From an uncultured Dehalococcoidales bacterium (GTDB lineage: Bacteria > Chloroflexota > Dehalococcoidia > GIF9 > UBA5629): DNA of 64,000 nt. The notes below the pieces were generated by a model. That model searched no databases, was not told where the DNA came from, and was given only the letters and a program-made list of their open reading frames with translations. The position numbers and the translations under genes are program-made. Shown here piece by piece: positions 42,707 through 51,580 of this stretch (positions within the stretch are counted from its first letter, which is position 1; the number at the start of each line of letters is the position of its first letter). The stretch is taken from positions 1,073-65,072 of the forward strand of contig CAZSED010000011.1 of the NCBI GenBank assembly GCA_964605885.1, in the 5' to 3' direction.

Positions 42707-43795
42707 TCAGGCCTGCAGTTTTTGTTCCTTCTGCAAAGACCGGAAGTATTTAAAGATCTCCCAGATAGTGGCTGCTACAGGCACTGCCAGTATCATACCC
42801 CAGAACCCGGCCACGTACCCTCCCACTACCAGCAGCACCATGACCACGGCTGGATGCAGTTGCATGAATTTTCCCTGAATCCAGTTCAGCAGCACCGTAT
42901 TCAGTATCAGCTGCGCCAGCACGACTACCAGCAGAGCCCACAGCACCTTGGCTGGTTGCAGCGCCAGTGTAATAATCAATATGATCAGGCCGGAGATGAC
43001 AGGCCCGACTATGGGTATGAACTGCGTGACGGCCGTCACGGCGCCCAGCGCAGGCGCGTAGTCGACCTGCAGTACCCACAGCCCGATGAAGACCATGAAC
43101 CCCACGATGGCGCCCAGTATGATCTGTGCCCGTATATAGCGCCCCATGACGTCGCCGATAATCCCCAGCACCCTGCCCAGATGGGCGGCCGCACTCGTGG
43201 GCACCAGGTTGCGGAAATAGTCCTGGAAGGACTCGTAGTCCATTAATATGAAGAACAGGAAGAAGGGCAGTGTCACAAAGCCCATTATGGTCGGCGCACT
43301 GGCCGGTATCACGGCCATGCTGCCCACCAGGAAATCCTGGATGAATTTGCCCACGGCCGGGCCAAGCCCGGCAACCATGCTCTCAAACTGGTTAATAAAG
43401 CTCCCCGGCAAACCCAGCTTAAAGATTCTAATCCACTCGTTAACCTGGCCCATGCTCTTCTCTATGAACTCGGGCGCCCGGTTGATCAGCACCTGTGAAG
43501 CAGCCACCAGAGCGGCTCCCACATAGATGGTGAAGAGTACAAGCACGGCCAGCGCTGCGATAAATACAATTACAACCGATATTATCCGTTTGGCTTTCTG
43601 CATACGTCCCCTGAAAGGCAATACCCTTTCCAGCAACTTCACCAGAGGCATCAGCAGGTAGGCCAGCAATATCCCTACCAGGAAGGGGATGAGAACGGCC
43701 ATGGAAACGATGGCCAACCAGATGACAAGGACGATAATAGCCAGTATCACCAGGGGCTGGACGTATTTTCTTAAGGTATTACTTTCTGATGCCAA
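42707..43795 (-). CDS. AI-2E family (UPF0118, PerM-like) transporter.
   Basis: About 360 aa with 8 TM helices in an AI-2E-like arrangement. Assignment is by topology and composition. Confidence 0.55.
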   Translation of the reverse strand: MASESNTLRKYVQPLVILAIIVLVIWLAIVSMAVLIPFLVGILLAYLLMPLVKLLERVLPFRGRMQKAKRIISVVIVFIAALAVLVLFTIYVGAALVAASQVLINRAPEFIEKSMGQVNEWIRIFKLGLPGSFINQFESMVAGLGPAVGKFIQDFLVGSMAVIPASAPTIMGFVTLPFFLFFILMDYESFQDYFRNLVPTSAAAHLGRVLGIIGDVMGRYIRAQIILGAIVGFMVFIGLWVLQVDYAPALGAVTAVTQFIPIVGPVISGLIILIITLALQPAKVLWALLVVVLAQLILNTVLLNWIQGKFMQLHPAVVMVLLVVGGYVAGFWGMILAVPVAATIWEIFKYFRSLQKEQKLQA

Positions 43796-43898
43796 TTTAT
43801 CGCCCTCCTTTTAATATACCTTGCAGGCTTTGTAACCGGTCATGGCAGACGGCTGCAGGTTGATCAGGCACGCCGCCTCCGCTAAAGCCTGAATATGT

Positions 43899-44111
43899 TT
43901 AAACGTCCTCTTCGGACAGCTTGCTCGACACCGCCTCTCTGACCCGTCCGGCCGCCCTGGCGGCCTTTTCTTTAAATTCCTTCGATTTCTCTTTAACAAC
44001 GCGGCGGGTCTCTTCGCCCGGTTGGGGAGCGTACAACAGCGCCACGGCTGCTCCAATCACCGCACCGATGATCAGGCCGGCAAAAAATCCTGCGCTGGAA
44101 TCTCTACTCAT
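43899..44111 (-). CDS. YtxH-like small protein.
   Basis: A GxxxGxxxG TM helix (GFFAGLIIGAVIGAAVALLYAP) followed by a charged helical tail. It lies downstream of the DUF948 gene, as in the B. subtilis ytxG-ytxH pair. Confidence 0.5.
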   Translation of the reverse strand: MSRDSSAGFFAGLIIGAVIGAAVALLYAPQPGEETRRVVKEKSKEFKEKAARAAGRVREAVSSKLSEEDV

Positions 44112-44391
44112 CGTCTTCCTCCTTTTTCTTCTTGAATACCTTGCTGAACAGGCTTATACCTTCAATTAGCCCCTGTATCAGCGTCCCGAACTGGCTGATC
44201 GGCCTTATCAGCTCCTTATCGGCATAATCTATAATTCCGCCCACCTGGTCAACTACCCCGTTGGCCGATTCCAGCAATGTCATGGTCCTTCTGTAAAACA
44301 GGTACACTATCACGGCAATGAAGATAATCGCCACAGTGGCTATCAGGCCCCAGATAACGATCACCATGTCACGCCACCCTGCTAAATCCAT
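44104..44391 (-). CDS. DUF948 (YtxG-like) membrane protein.
   Basis: N-terminal TM helix followed by a helical domain and a poly-Lys/Glu/Asp tail. It overlaps the ytxH-like gene by 8 nt. Confidence 0.5.
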   Translation of the reverse strand: MDLAGWRDMVIVIWGLIATVAIIFIAVIVYLFYRRTMTLLESANGVVDQVGGIIDYADKELIRPISQFGTLIQGLIEGISLFSKVFKKKKEEDDE

Positions 44392-44421
44392 AGATCACCT
44401 CCTTGCTGATATTAAGTGCTC

Positions 44422-46308
44422 CTAGAGATTTAACCTCAGATAATACAAGCCTTCACCGCTGCTGACTATCTTGAAGCCGGCTTTCTCAAATATGGAGAGC
44501 ATGGGCATGTTCTCATACAATACCTCGGCCACAAAGGCCAGCAGGCCATTTTTTTTACCAAGGTAAATAAGGTACTGTAAAAGCTCGCTGCCGATGCCCT
44601 GTCTCTGATAGTTATCCCGGACGGCAAAGGCCACCTCGGCGCTGTGGACGTCCTGGCCGATGCCGTACTGCCCGATGCCCAGTATCTTTTCGTTTTCCTC
44701 CTCTCCCTCGGTGGCCAGTATCACCATCTCCTGCGTGTAGTCGATGACCACGAACTCCTGCAGGCGCTCGTGCGGCATGTCCTTCCTGCTGGAGATGAAC
44801 CTGCGGTAGAGGCTTTGATCGGAAAGCGCGTAGAAGAAGTCCTTGACCAGGGGCTCGTCGCTTATCTTGACCGGCCTGAAAAGGACTTCCTTCCCGCTTT
44901 TCATACGGCGGACGGACTCCAGGTTCTCCGGATACTCACCCCGCTTACCCGGCACGAAGGCCTGGTCGCGGTATATCAGGTTCAGCTTCTTGGCCTCCTC
45001 GATCAGCCAGGGCCGGAACTTGGGATGCGCGATGGAGATAAGCTCCATGGCGCGCTCGCGTATGTTCTTGCCGTGCAGGTAGGCGATGCCGTACTCCGAG
45101 ATAACGTAATGTATATCCCCACGCACCATAGTCACGCCCGAGCCCTCGTTAAGGAAGGGGACAATCCTTGACACCGTATCGTCCTGGGCGGTGGACTGGA
45201 TGGTGAGTATGGTTTTGCCGTTATGCGCCAGTATGGCGCCGCGCATAAAATCCGCCTGGCCGCCCACACCGCTGTAAAAGGTCTTGCCCAGCGATTCGGC
45301 CGTGGCCTGGCCGGTCAGGTCTATCTCCAGCGCGCTGTTGATAGCCACCATGTTCTCATGGCGGGCTATAACCAGCGGGTTGTTGGTGTACTCTATCGTC
45401 CTGAATTCCACCGAGGGGTTGTCATTGATGAATTCATAGGTCTCTTTCCTGCCCATGCAGAACGTCGCCACAGTCTTGCCCCTGTCGACCTTTTTGCTGG
45501 AATTATCTATTACTCCCTGTTTCATCAGCTCCGCAATGGCATCGGACATCAACTCCGTGTGCACGCCCAGGTGCTTCTTGGCGGAGAGGCTCATTAATAT
45601 GGAGTTCAACCGGCTGCCATAGCCCACCTGGATGGTATCGCCGTCCTGGATTAGGCGTGAGACGTAGGAGCCGATCTTAGAAGCCACCTCATCGTTGACA
45701 GGAGAGTCGAACTCGAGTACCGGCTCATCATGCCGCACCAGGTAATCGATGCCGTCTATGTGCAGAAATCCGTCCCCGTGCACGCGCGGCATGTTGGCAT
45801 TGATCTGGGCGATTACCAGATCGGCTTTTTCAACCGCGGCGTTGACGATGTCCACGCTGATGCCCAGGCTAACGTACCCGTGGTGGTCGGGCAGGGAGGT
45901 TTGTATCAGGGCCACGTCCACAGGCACTATACCGCGCTGAAACAGCTCCGGCACCTGGGAAAGAAAGATAGGGGTGTAGTCAGCCAGGCCGGCATTTACC
46001 GCGGAGCGCGTGTTGTCGCCTATAAAGAAGGAATTGTGCCTGAAATTGGATTTGAATTTTTCCTGCGTATAGGCCGCCACGCCCAGCGTCCAGACCTGCA
46101 GCACTTCTGCATCGAAAAAGGCCTTGGGATTTGATTCCACGTAGTTGACCAGTGCATTCACCAGGTACTGGGGCTCGGCGCAGGCCGTGCTGATGAATAT
46201 GCGGCTTCCGGGATGGATCCTGCCGAATATTTCTTTCTCCGGGGCGAATTTCTGTGGATACCTGTCCTTCAGATTATCAAGTTCCGATTCACCGGGTTTA
46301 TCACCCAT
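44422..46308 (-). CDS. Fusion protein of a family-I CoA-transferase (acetyl-CoA hydrolase/transferase, 4-hydroxybutyrate CoA-transferase-like) and a C-terminal GNAT acetyltransferase domain.
   Basis: CoA-transferase C-domain signature SGVGGQADFMRGA. C-terminal GNAT motif A is RQGIGSELLQYLIYLGKKNG, with ENMPMLSIFEKAGFKI. Total length 628 aa. Confidence 0.7.
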   Translation of the reverse strand: MGDKPGESELDNLKDRYPQKFAPEKEIFGRIHPGSRIFISTACAEPQYLVNALVNYVESNPKAFFDAEVLQVWTLGVAAYTQEKFKSNFRHNSFFIGDNTRSAVNAGLADYTPIFLSQVPELFQRGIVPVDVALIQTSLPDHHGYVSLGISVDIVNAAVEKADLVIAQINANMPRVHGDGFLHIDGIDYLVRHDEPVLEFDSPVNDEVASKIGSYVSRLIQDGDTIQVGYGSRLNSILMSLSAKKHLGVHTELMSDAIAELMKQGVIDNSSKKVDRGKTVATFCMGRKETYEFINDNPSVEFRTIEYTNNPLVIARHENMVAINSALEIDLTGQATAESLGKTFYSGVGGQADFMRGAILAHNGKTILTIQSTAQDDTVSRIVPFLNEGSGVTMVRGDIHYVISEYGIAYLHGKNIRERAMELISIAHPKFRPWLIEEAKKLNLIYRDQAFVPGKRGEYPENLESVRRMKSGKEVLFRPVKISDEPLVKDFFYALSDQSLYRRFISSRKDMPHERLQEFVVIDYTQEMVILATEGEEENEKILGIGQYGIGQDVHSAEVAFAVRDNYQRQGIGSELLQYLIYLGKKNGLLAFVAEVLYENMPMLSIFEKAGFKIVSSGEGLYYLRLNL

Positions 46309-46383
46309 AGTATCCTCCGAGCCGCTCTACCTGCCAGAGGCCACAATCGACTGCATTGTAACACAGCCTGTGTTCTTAATTAT

Positions 46384-46419
46384 AGGGAAAAAGAAAAGGC
46401 CCTGCTATGTGGCAGGGCC
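46384..46419 (-). terminator. Intrinsic terminator downstream of the lipoprotein gene.
   Basis: Minus-strand hairpin GGCCCTGC-cacata-GCAGGGCC followed by TTTTCTTTTTCCC. Confidence 0.7.
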
Positions 46420-46442
46420 TTTCTCTAATCGCTGTATAAAAT

Positions 46443-47105
46443 CTATTTGGCTACCAGGGTCTTGGTGATCTCAACCACAGCATCTTTGTTGTTCTGTCCC
46501 TTGATTGTGCTGCCAAAGGCCAGGATGGTGTTATCGCCCTTGGTGAAACCAAGAACATAGATGAACACATCGGTGGAGATGATCTTGGAAGACATGTAAA
46601 CCTCAGTGGCATCAGTGCCGTCAGACAGTTTTACCGCCTTTGTAGAGTCGGTGGTCACTTTAGCGGCAAATGATTTCATGTCTGGATTGTTCGTCGAGAT
46701 GCTGTTTGCGGTACCGGCAATATCATCGGTCTTGGGAACGACGCTGACACTGATCTGATCAGCGCCGAGATCAGCGGAGGCTACCTTTGTGAATACTGCT
46801 GGTTCAGGAAGTGCCTTGTCGATCCATTTCTTGGGATAGGTGATGCTGAATCCATATTTGGCGTTGGTGTAGGTGGTTGCAGGCTGGCCGGCAACTGTGG
46901 CTGCTGCTGCCGGTGCTGCAGGTGCAGTCGGAGCTGCAGGTGCAGTCGGAGCTGCAGGCTCCGTTGGGGTTGTGGGGGTCGTCGGGGCTGCCGGTGCTGC
47001 AGGAGCCGCCGGCTTTGCCGGTGTTGCCGCCGGTGCCGCGCAGGAAATGGCAACTAATGCCAGAACGAGAACGGATACGATGACTAAAGCTTTGTTTTTG
47101 AACAC
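46443..47105 (-). CDS. Lipoprotein with a Pro/Ala/Thr-rich linker and a C-terminal globular domain.
   Basis: Signal and lipobox LVLALVAISCAAP. A 45-residue PA/PT repeat linker is encoded by tandem 18 nt DNA repeats (gcaggtgcagtcggagct x2 near 46920-46975). AGGAGG RBS. Confidence 0.5.
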   Translation of the reverse strand: MFKNKALVIVSVLVLALVAISCAAPAATPAKPAAPAAPAAPTTPTTPTEPAAPTAPAAPTAPAAPAAAATVAGQPATTYTNAKYGFSITYPKKWIDKALPEPAVFTKVASADLGADQISVSVVPKTDDIAGTANSISTNNPDMKSFAAKVTTDSTKAVKLSDGTDATEVYMSSKIISTDVFIYVLGFTKGDNTILAFGSTIKGQNNKDAVVEITKTLVAK

Positions 47106-47419
47106 TTACCTGGGATCCTCCTTCGATAAATTAAAATTTATTAAAAAGAAATAGATGCCAAAAAAATTAATAAATTAGGAGAACTCCTCTCACCTCCTTT
47201 AACACGTTCACTACCGTCGTAAGTTTTCAGGTTGCTGCATAAAAATACACTAATCCAGTTGCTAAGTCAAGTATTAGAACTACTGATAAACAGCTTTAGT
47301 CATCCATATTGATGATACTAATTGGTCAACTGACCGCTCATACCGCCCTTGACTGTTCTTGAACTCACTGTTATTTTAAAGGTAGAATACACTCCGGGTT
47401 ATCAAGCCGGCAGGTCAGT

Positions 47420-48112
47420 TTGATGGGATTCAAGATAGTTATTGCCGACAGCAACGCAAACTTCATGAGCATGCTGGGCCGGGCACTGCTCGACGCTGAC
47501 TATGTGCTCTACCCGGCCGAATCAAGGGAAAGTGCACTCAAACAGATAACGCAATACGATATTGACGCCTGCATAATAGACGTGGACCTGCCCGGCGGTA
47601 TAGAAGAAGTGCTGCAGGCATGCATGACTAAATCAAAGCCCATCGTCGCCATGGGCACATCCGTTCTTAAGGAGACCGATAAGCTCATCGAGATCATGTA
47701 CTACGGTATACCGTACGTGAAAAAGTTCAATAACGAGGGCCAGGCCAAGCTGGATCATATTATCGCCCGCATGAATGTGCTGCTGCGGACGCTGCTTATC
47801 TTCAGCAAGGACTCCGAGTACCAGCGCGGCGTCATAGCCGGCCTGGAAAGCAAGGGCTACAAGGTCTTTACCGCTGAAAAGGCCGACGACCTGATGCGCT
47901 CCTTCCTGCTGAGCGAACCAAAAGCCGTGCTTGTCTACTTCCCCAATGAGGAGGACCTGGAGGAGCTGAATAAAATCAGGAAAATCGACTCGCAGCTCCC
48001 GATCGCCATTGTGCTTAACAATCAGTCTTCCGAGGCTGCCGATGTGCCGGACACAAAGTCCACCAAAATCCTCGGGCAGGAAGACGTTTCAGACTATCTG
48101 GACAACCTCTGA
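47420..48112 (+). CDS. Orphan response-regulator-like protein with two receiver-like domains and no output domain.
   Basis: The first REC has an acidic pocket and the putative phospho-Asp context IIDVDLPGG. The second half is REC-like but degenerate. Confidence 0.55.
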   Translation: MMGFKIVIADSNANFMSMLGRALLDADYVLYPAESRESALKQITQYDIDACIIDVDLPGGIEEVLQACMTKSKPIVAMGTSVLKETDKLIEIMYYGIPYVKKFNNEGQAKLDHIIARMNVLLRTLLIFSKDSEYQRGVIAGLESKGYKVFTAEKADDLMRSFLLSEPKAVLVYFPNEEDLEELNKIRKIDSQLPIAIVLNNQSSEAADVPDTKSTKILGQEDVSDYLDNL

Positions 48113-48119
48113 TTAAAAG

Positions 48120-50108
48120 TCAGATGGTAATCGGTACGCTTACGTTGACGGTCGACCCCCTTCCAGGCTCGGTCTTGATGGTCAGGGATCCGCTGAGAAG
48201 AGTAACCCTTTCCTGCATACCCACCAGTCCCAGCTTGCCTGCGTGAGAGAGGTCGCCCACAGTCTTGGGTAGCTCGAAGCCCCTGCCGTTATCACTGATG
48301 GTGACCACAACCTCCGTATCTGTAAACTCAATGTGCACGGAAGCCTGCGTGGCCTGGGCGTGCTTGCTGACATTGTTGAGCGCTTCCTGCACTATCCTGA
48401 AGAGGATGAGTTCCATCTCGGGCAGCAGGCGCTGCTCTTTTCCATCGATTTTGAGCCCGATATCGATTCCGCTTTCCTCAGATTTTTGCTTGACCAGCCA
48501 CTTAACGGCCGGCAGCAGACCCAGGTCATCGATAATAGATGGCCTCAGGTCCTGGCTGAAGCGCCTGATGCCCTGCAGCGTGACGCCTATCCTGCGCCTT
48601 ATCTCCTGCAGCACAGTCCGCTGCTGCTGGGTCAGGCTGGAATTGCCCCTGATAAAATTGTCCATCTGCCTGGATATGGCAAATAAAGCCTGGGCAGTAT
48701 CGTCGTGCAGCTCGCGCGCCACCCTTTTCCGCTCCTCCTCCTGGGCCCTGGTGATCTGGTTGAGGTAGTAGCGAAGGTTGTTCTGCATCCTCCTCTCTTC
48801 CGTCACGTCGCGTGCTATGTGTTGGAAGCCCACCGGCTCGTCGTCGATGGTCATCAGACTGGAGGTAACCATCACGGTCTTGCGCACGCCGTCCTTGGTA
48901 ACCGTCTGCTGCTCGTAGGGCTGTGGGAACGGCTCTCCATTCAACAGTTTGTGCCGGACCTCCCTGGCCAGGTTGAGCATTCCCTCATCCATGAACTCCT
49001 GCACGTTCCGGCCGATGAACTCCCCGGTGGGGTATCCGGTCAGCTCCTGCGATGCCCTGTTAGCCGCCAGTATCTTGCCGCTTATATCGTGGAACCAGAT
49101 GGCATCATGAGCATTTTCGAACAGATTGCGATAGTCCCTGGCTGACTTGTAAAGCTGGTCGGCTATTTGCCGCGCCTCCTCGTACAGCGTGGCGTTGGAG
49201 AGGGCCGAGGCCAGCTGTCCGGCTATGGTGCTCAGCAGGTCGATCTCGTCCGGCAAAAAGGTGCGAGGACGGCGCATGGCCACGCACAATGTGCCTATGA
49301 CCTCACCCTTGGATTTCATGGGCACTATCAGCTCGGGGTGTATCTTGTTGCGGATGATGGCCGGCCGGGTGAGACGGGGATCGTTGGAGGCGTCAGGCAC
49401 CAGCATAACTTCGCCGGTGGCGGCAACCTGCCCGTTGAATCCTTCTCCAAGCTTGACCTGGTCAAGCTCCCGGGCGGTCTCGCTGGAGATGCCCTCGTAG
49501 GCGGTCAGCGTCAGCTCATTCTGGGACTGCATGGTGTAGACCAGGATGACCTCAACCTCCATGACCTCGCCCACCATATCCACCGCCGTCTCGATGACCT
49601 TGGCCGGGTCAAGGTACTGGCTCAGCGCATTGGAGATTGTATTCAGCGTTGCCAGCCTCCTGGCATTGGCCCTGGCCTCACGGATTCTCGTCTGCAGCTG
49701 CTCCTGTGTGTTCTCCAGCGCAGACACGGCCTTGACATAGCGCCTGTCGTCATTATCCTTAATGCGCACCCAGTTAATAAAGGCCAGCCCGGCAATGGTG
49801 ACCAGCGCCACTTCCAGCAGGGCGTCGCTAACGTTGACGGAATAGAGCAGCGCCTGCGGCAGCATCACGGCCAGCGATGCGCCCAAGGCAATCAATCCCG
49901 GCAGAATGCCCATTATGAAACCCGTATAGAGCACGATCAGAAGGAACAGGTTCCGCTCTACCGTATGCCGGCTGAGGTTAAAAAGGAAAACGTCCAATTT
50001 AAAGCCGGGCCAGATGATGTCGCGGTAGAGGAAGAGGGTCACTATAACAAACAGGACCAGTACGACCCAGAACTGGTAGCGGGTCCATATTTTATAAGGG
50101 ATCCTCAT
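48120..50108 (-). CDS. Sensor histidine kinase (TM, GAF, PAS, HisKA_3, HATPase_c; NarL-partner type).
   Basis: N-terminal TM helices. GAF region (LVYTMQSQNELTLTAYEGIS), PAS region (AIWFHDISGKILAANRASQELTGY), HisKA_3 H-box ELHDDTAQAL, and an ATPase N-box/G-boxes (LNNVSKHA, GRGFEL, GLVGMQER). Confidence 0.8.
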   Translation of the reverse strand: MRIPYKIWTRYQFWVVLVLFVIVTLFLYRDIIWPGFKLDVFLFNLSRHTVERNLFLLIVLYTGFIMGILPGLIALGASLAVMLPQALLYSVNVSDALLEVALVTIAGLAFINWVRIKDNDDRRYVKAVSALENTQEQLQTRIREARANARRLATLNTISNALSQYLDPAKVIETAVDMVGEVMEVEVILVYTMQSQNELTLTAYEGISSETARELDQVKLGEGFNGQVAATGEVMLVPDASNDPRLTRPAIIRNKIHPELIVPMKSKGEVIGTLCVAMRRPRTFLPDEIDLLSTIAGQLASALSNATLYEEARQIADQLYKSARDYRNLFENAHDAIWFHDISGKILAANRASQELTGYPTGEFIGRNVQEFMDEGMLNLAREVRHKLLNGEPFPQPYEQQTVTKDGVRKTVMVTSSLMTIDDEPVGFQHIARDVTEERRMQNNLRYYLNQITRAQEEERKRVARELHDDTAQALFAISRQMDNFIRGNSSLTQQQRTVLQEIRRRIGVTLQGIRRFSQDLRPSIIDDLGLLPAVKWLVKQKSEESGIDIGLKIDGKEQRLLPEMELILFRIVQEALNNVSKHAQATQASVHIEFTDTEVVVTISDNGRGFELPKTVGDLSHAGKLGLVGMQERVTLLSGSLTIKTEPGRGSTVNVSVPITI

Positions 50109-50147
50109 GATATCCGGACTTCAGCCTGATAATATTATGCAATACCG

Positions 50148-50813
50148 TCAGGGCAGCTCTTCCAGGGTCAGCCAGCCTTTTTTCAGGCCGTAAACGATGG
50201 CTTCCGAGCGTGAGCCCACGCCCAGCTTGTTGAATATGCTGCGCAGGTGCGTCTGCACCGTCCTCACGCTCAGGGTCAGGCTATCGGCGATCTCCATGTT
50301 GCTCATGCCCTTGGCCGCCAGGAGCAGGACTTCCATTTCACGGTCGCTCAGCACCTCGCCCAGGGTCTGTGTCGTCTGTTCTTCGGCAGGAGACCTCAAC
50401 CTGTTGAGGACCTTCTTCATGATCTTGGGATGAAGCACCGGCTCTCCGGTCATGACCTGCCTTATGGCGTCGATCAGTTCCTCGCCGCTGGACTCCTTGA
50501 GCAGATAGCCGGCAGCACCCGCCTCCAGCAGCGCAAAAACATATTCGTCATCATCGTAGCCTGTTAATACCAGTACTGCCATATTGGGATAGAGCGCCTT
50601 GATCTGCTTGGTGGCCTCTATGCCATTAAGCCTGGGCATGGAAACATCCATAATAATGATCTCGGGCTTCAACCTTTTGGCAAGCTCCACCGCTTCAATG
50701 CCGTCGCTGGCTTCGCCTGTTACTTCAAAATCTTCCTGGGATTCCAAGAGGCGCCGGGTTCCTTCGCGCACCACTTTGTGGTCCTCAGCCAGCAGGATCC
50801 TGATTCTCTCCAT
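50148..50813 (-). CDS. NarL/LuxR-family response regulator.
   Basis: REC domain (ILLAEDHKVVREG...IIMDVSMP) plus a C-terminal LuxR HTH (MEIADSLTLSVRTVQTHLRSIFNKLGV). Confidence 0.9.
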   Translation of the reverse strand: MERIRILLAEDHKVVREGTRRLLESQEDFEVTGEASDGIEAVELAKRLKPEIIIMDVSMPRLNGIEATKQIKALYPNMAVLVLTGYDDDEYVFALLEAGAAGYLLKESSGEELIDAIRQVMTGEPVLHPKIMKKVLNRLRSPAEEQTTQTLGEVLSDREMEVLLLAAKGMSNMEIADSLTLSVRTVQTHLRSIFNKLGVGSRSEAIVYGLKKGWLTLEELP

Positions 50814-51203
50814 TTTAATTTCCTACCAAGCTGTGATTATAACCGCAACAGATACACTATTCAAGCCGCAACCAACTCTTGTTCAGTACAAATGCCTAAG
50901 CATTTAACCTGAAACATTTATATACGGCGGCACAGGGCTTCAGCGAGAAAACAAATAGAATTCCCTGGCGGTTGCCTGTATCTGCAGATATTAGGCTTTG
51001 AGGCGGATGAAATAAGGCCGGGATTAAGGTAAATTCTCAACTGTCTAAGCCTTGATATTCTATCGAGGGCTGCTGGCCAGCCCGTCAGAACAGCTTGGAG
51101 GTACGCCATACCGGATAACATAATTAATAAGCTCAACCAGGTAAAGCAACCCGAAACAGAAGAACAGCCTAACTTCTGGGCCGGCAAGTCCCCCTGCTGG
51201 GAG

Positions 51204-51452
51204 ATGTGCCACTGCCCGGCCATGATCAGGGAGGAGTGCCCTGCGCCCAAATACCAGTTTCTGGCCTGCTGGGAAATAGAGGGCACGTACTGCAAGCTGG
51301 ACGATTACGGCGACAGCGGCACGGATACCAGCATCTGCCAGGTCTGCCGGGTATACAAAAAATATGGAGCCGATCAACCAATAGAGCTGAAACTTTTCGG
51401 CCGCGGAATCGACAGCTCTTTAAAATCGCTGGAGAAGGTCGCCAAGTTTTGA
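51204..51452 (+). CDS. Small Cys-rich protein with two CWE motifs (possible two-CW-type metal- or redox-binding domain).
   Basis: MCHCPAMIREECPAPKYQFLACWEIEGTYCKLDDYGDSGTDTSICQVCRVY has 9 Cys in 55 residues. The same frame is open from 51033 and encodes ...PCWE immediately before the ATG, with no in-frame ATG, GTG or TTG upstream. The start and the full extent are therefore uncertain. Confidence 0.4.
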   Translation: MCHCPAMIREECPAPKYQFLACWEIEGTYCKLDDYGDSGTDTSICQVCRVYKKYGADQPIELKLFGRGIDSSLKSLEKVAKF

Positions 51453-51477
51453 CTCTGAAGCTAAAAAAGGCTACAAT
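51449..51477 (+). promoter_or_regulatory. Near-consensus sigma70 promoter TTGACT-N17-TACAAT for the hydrogenase operon.
   Basis: TTGACT at 51449-51454 and TACAAT at 51472-51477. The predicted TSS near 51484 gives a 5' UTR of about 97 nt before hoxE. Confidence 0.5.
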
Positions 51478-51511
51478 TTACACTTGGTCTGGCTACATTT
51501 TTATGTCAATC

Positions 51512-51545
51512 AGGGGAATAGGCTGCACACGGGCCTTATTCCCCT
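51512..51545 (+). other. Stem-loop in the predicted 5' UTR of the hydrogenase operon.
   Basis: AGGGGAATAGG-ctgcacacggg-CCTTATTCCCCT (one bulge). It is followed by TTAATAACG rather than a U-tract, so it is unlikely to be a plain terminator. Confidence 0.3.
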
Positions 51546-51580
51546 TAATAACGTATATAGCCTGAGTTAGGAGGAATTTT

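Noticed and set aside
46915-46975. 18 nt tandem repeats (gcaggtgcagtcggagct) as a possible standalone repeat element.
   Set aside because: They lie inside the lipoprotein CDS and simply encode its Pro/Ala/Thr linker. They are therefore noted within that feature rather than as a separate element.
50918-51377. 105 and 125 aa minus-strand ORFs in the regulator / Cys-rich-gene intergenic region.
   Set aside because: They lack an RBS and motifs and overlap the better-supported plus-strand Cys-rich ORF and its upstream open frame.
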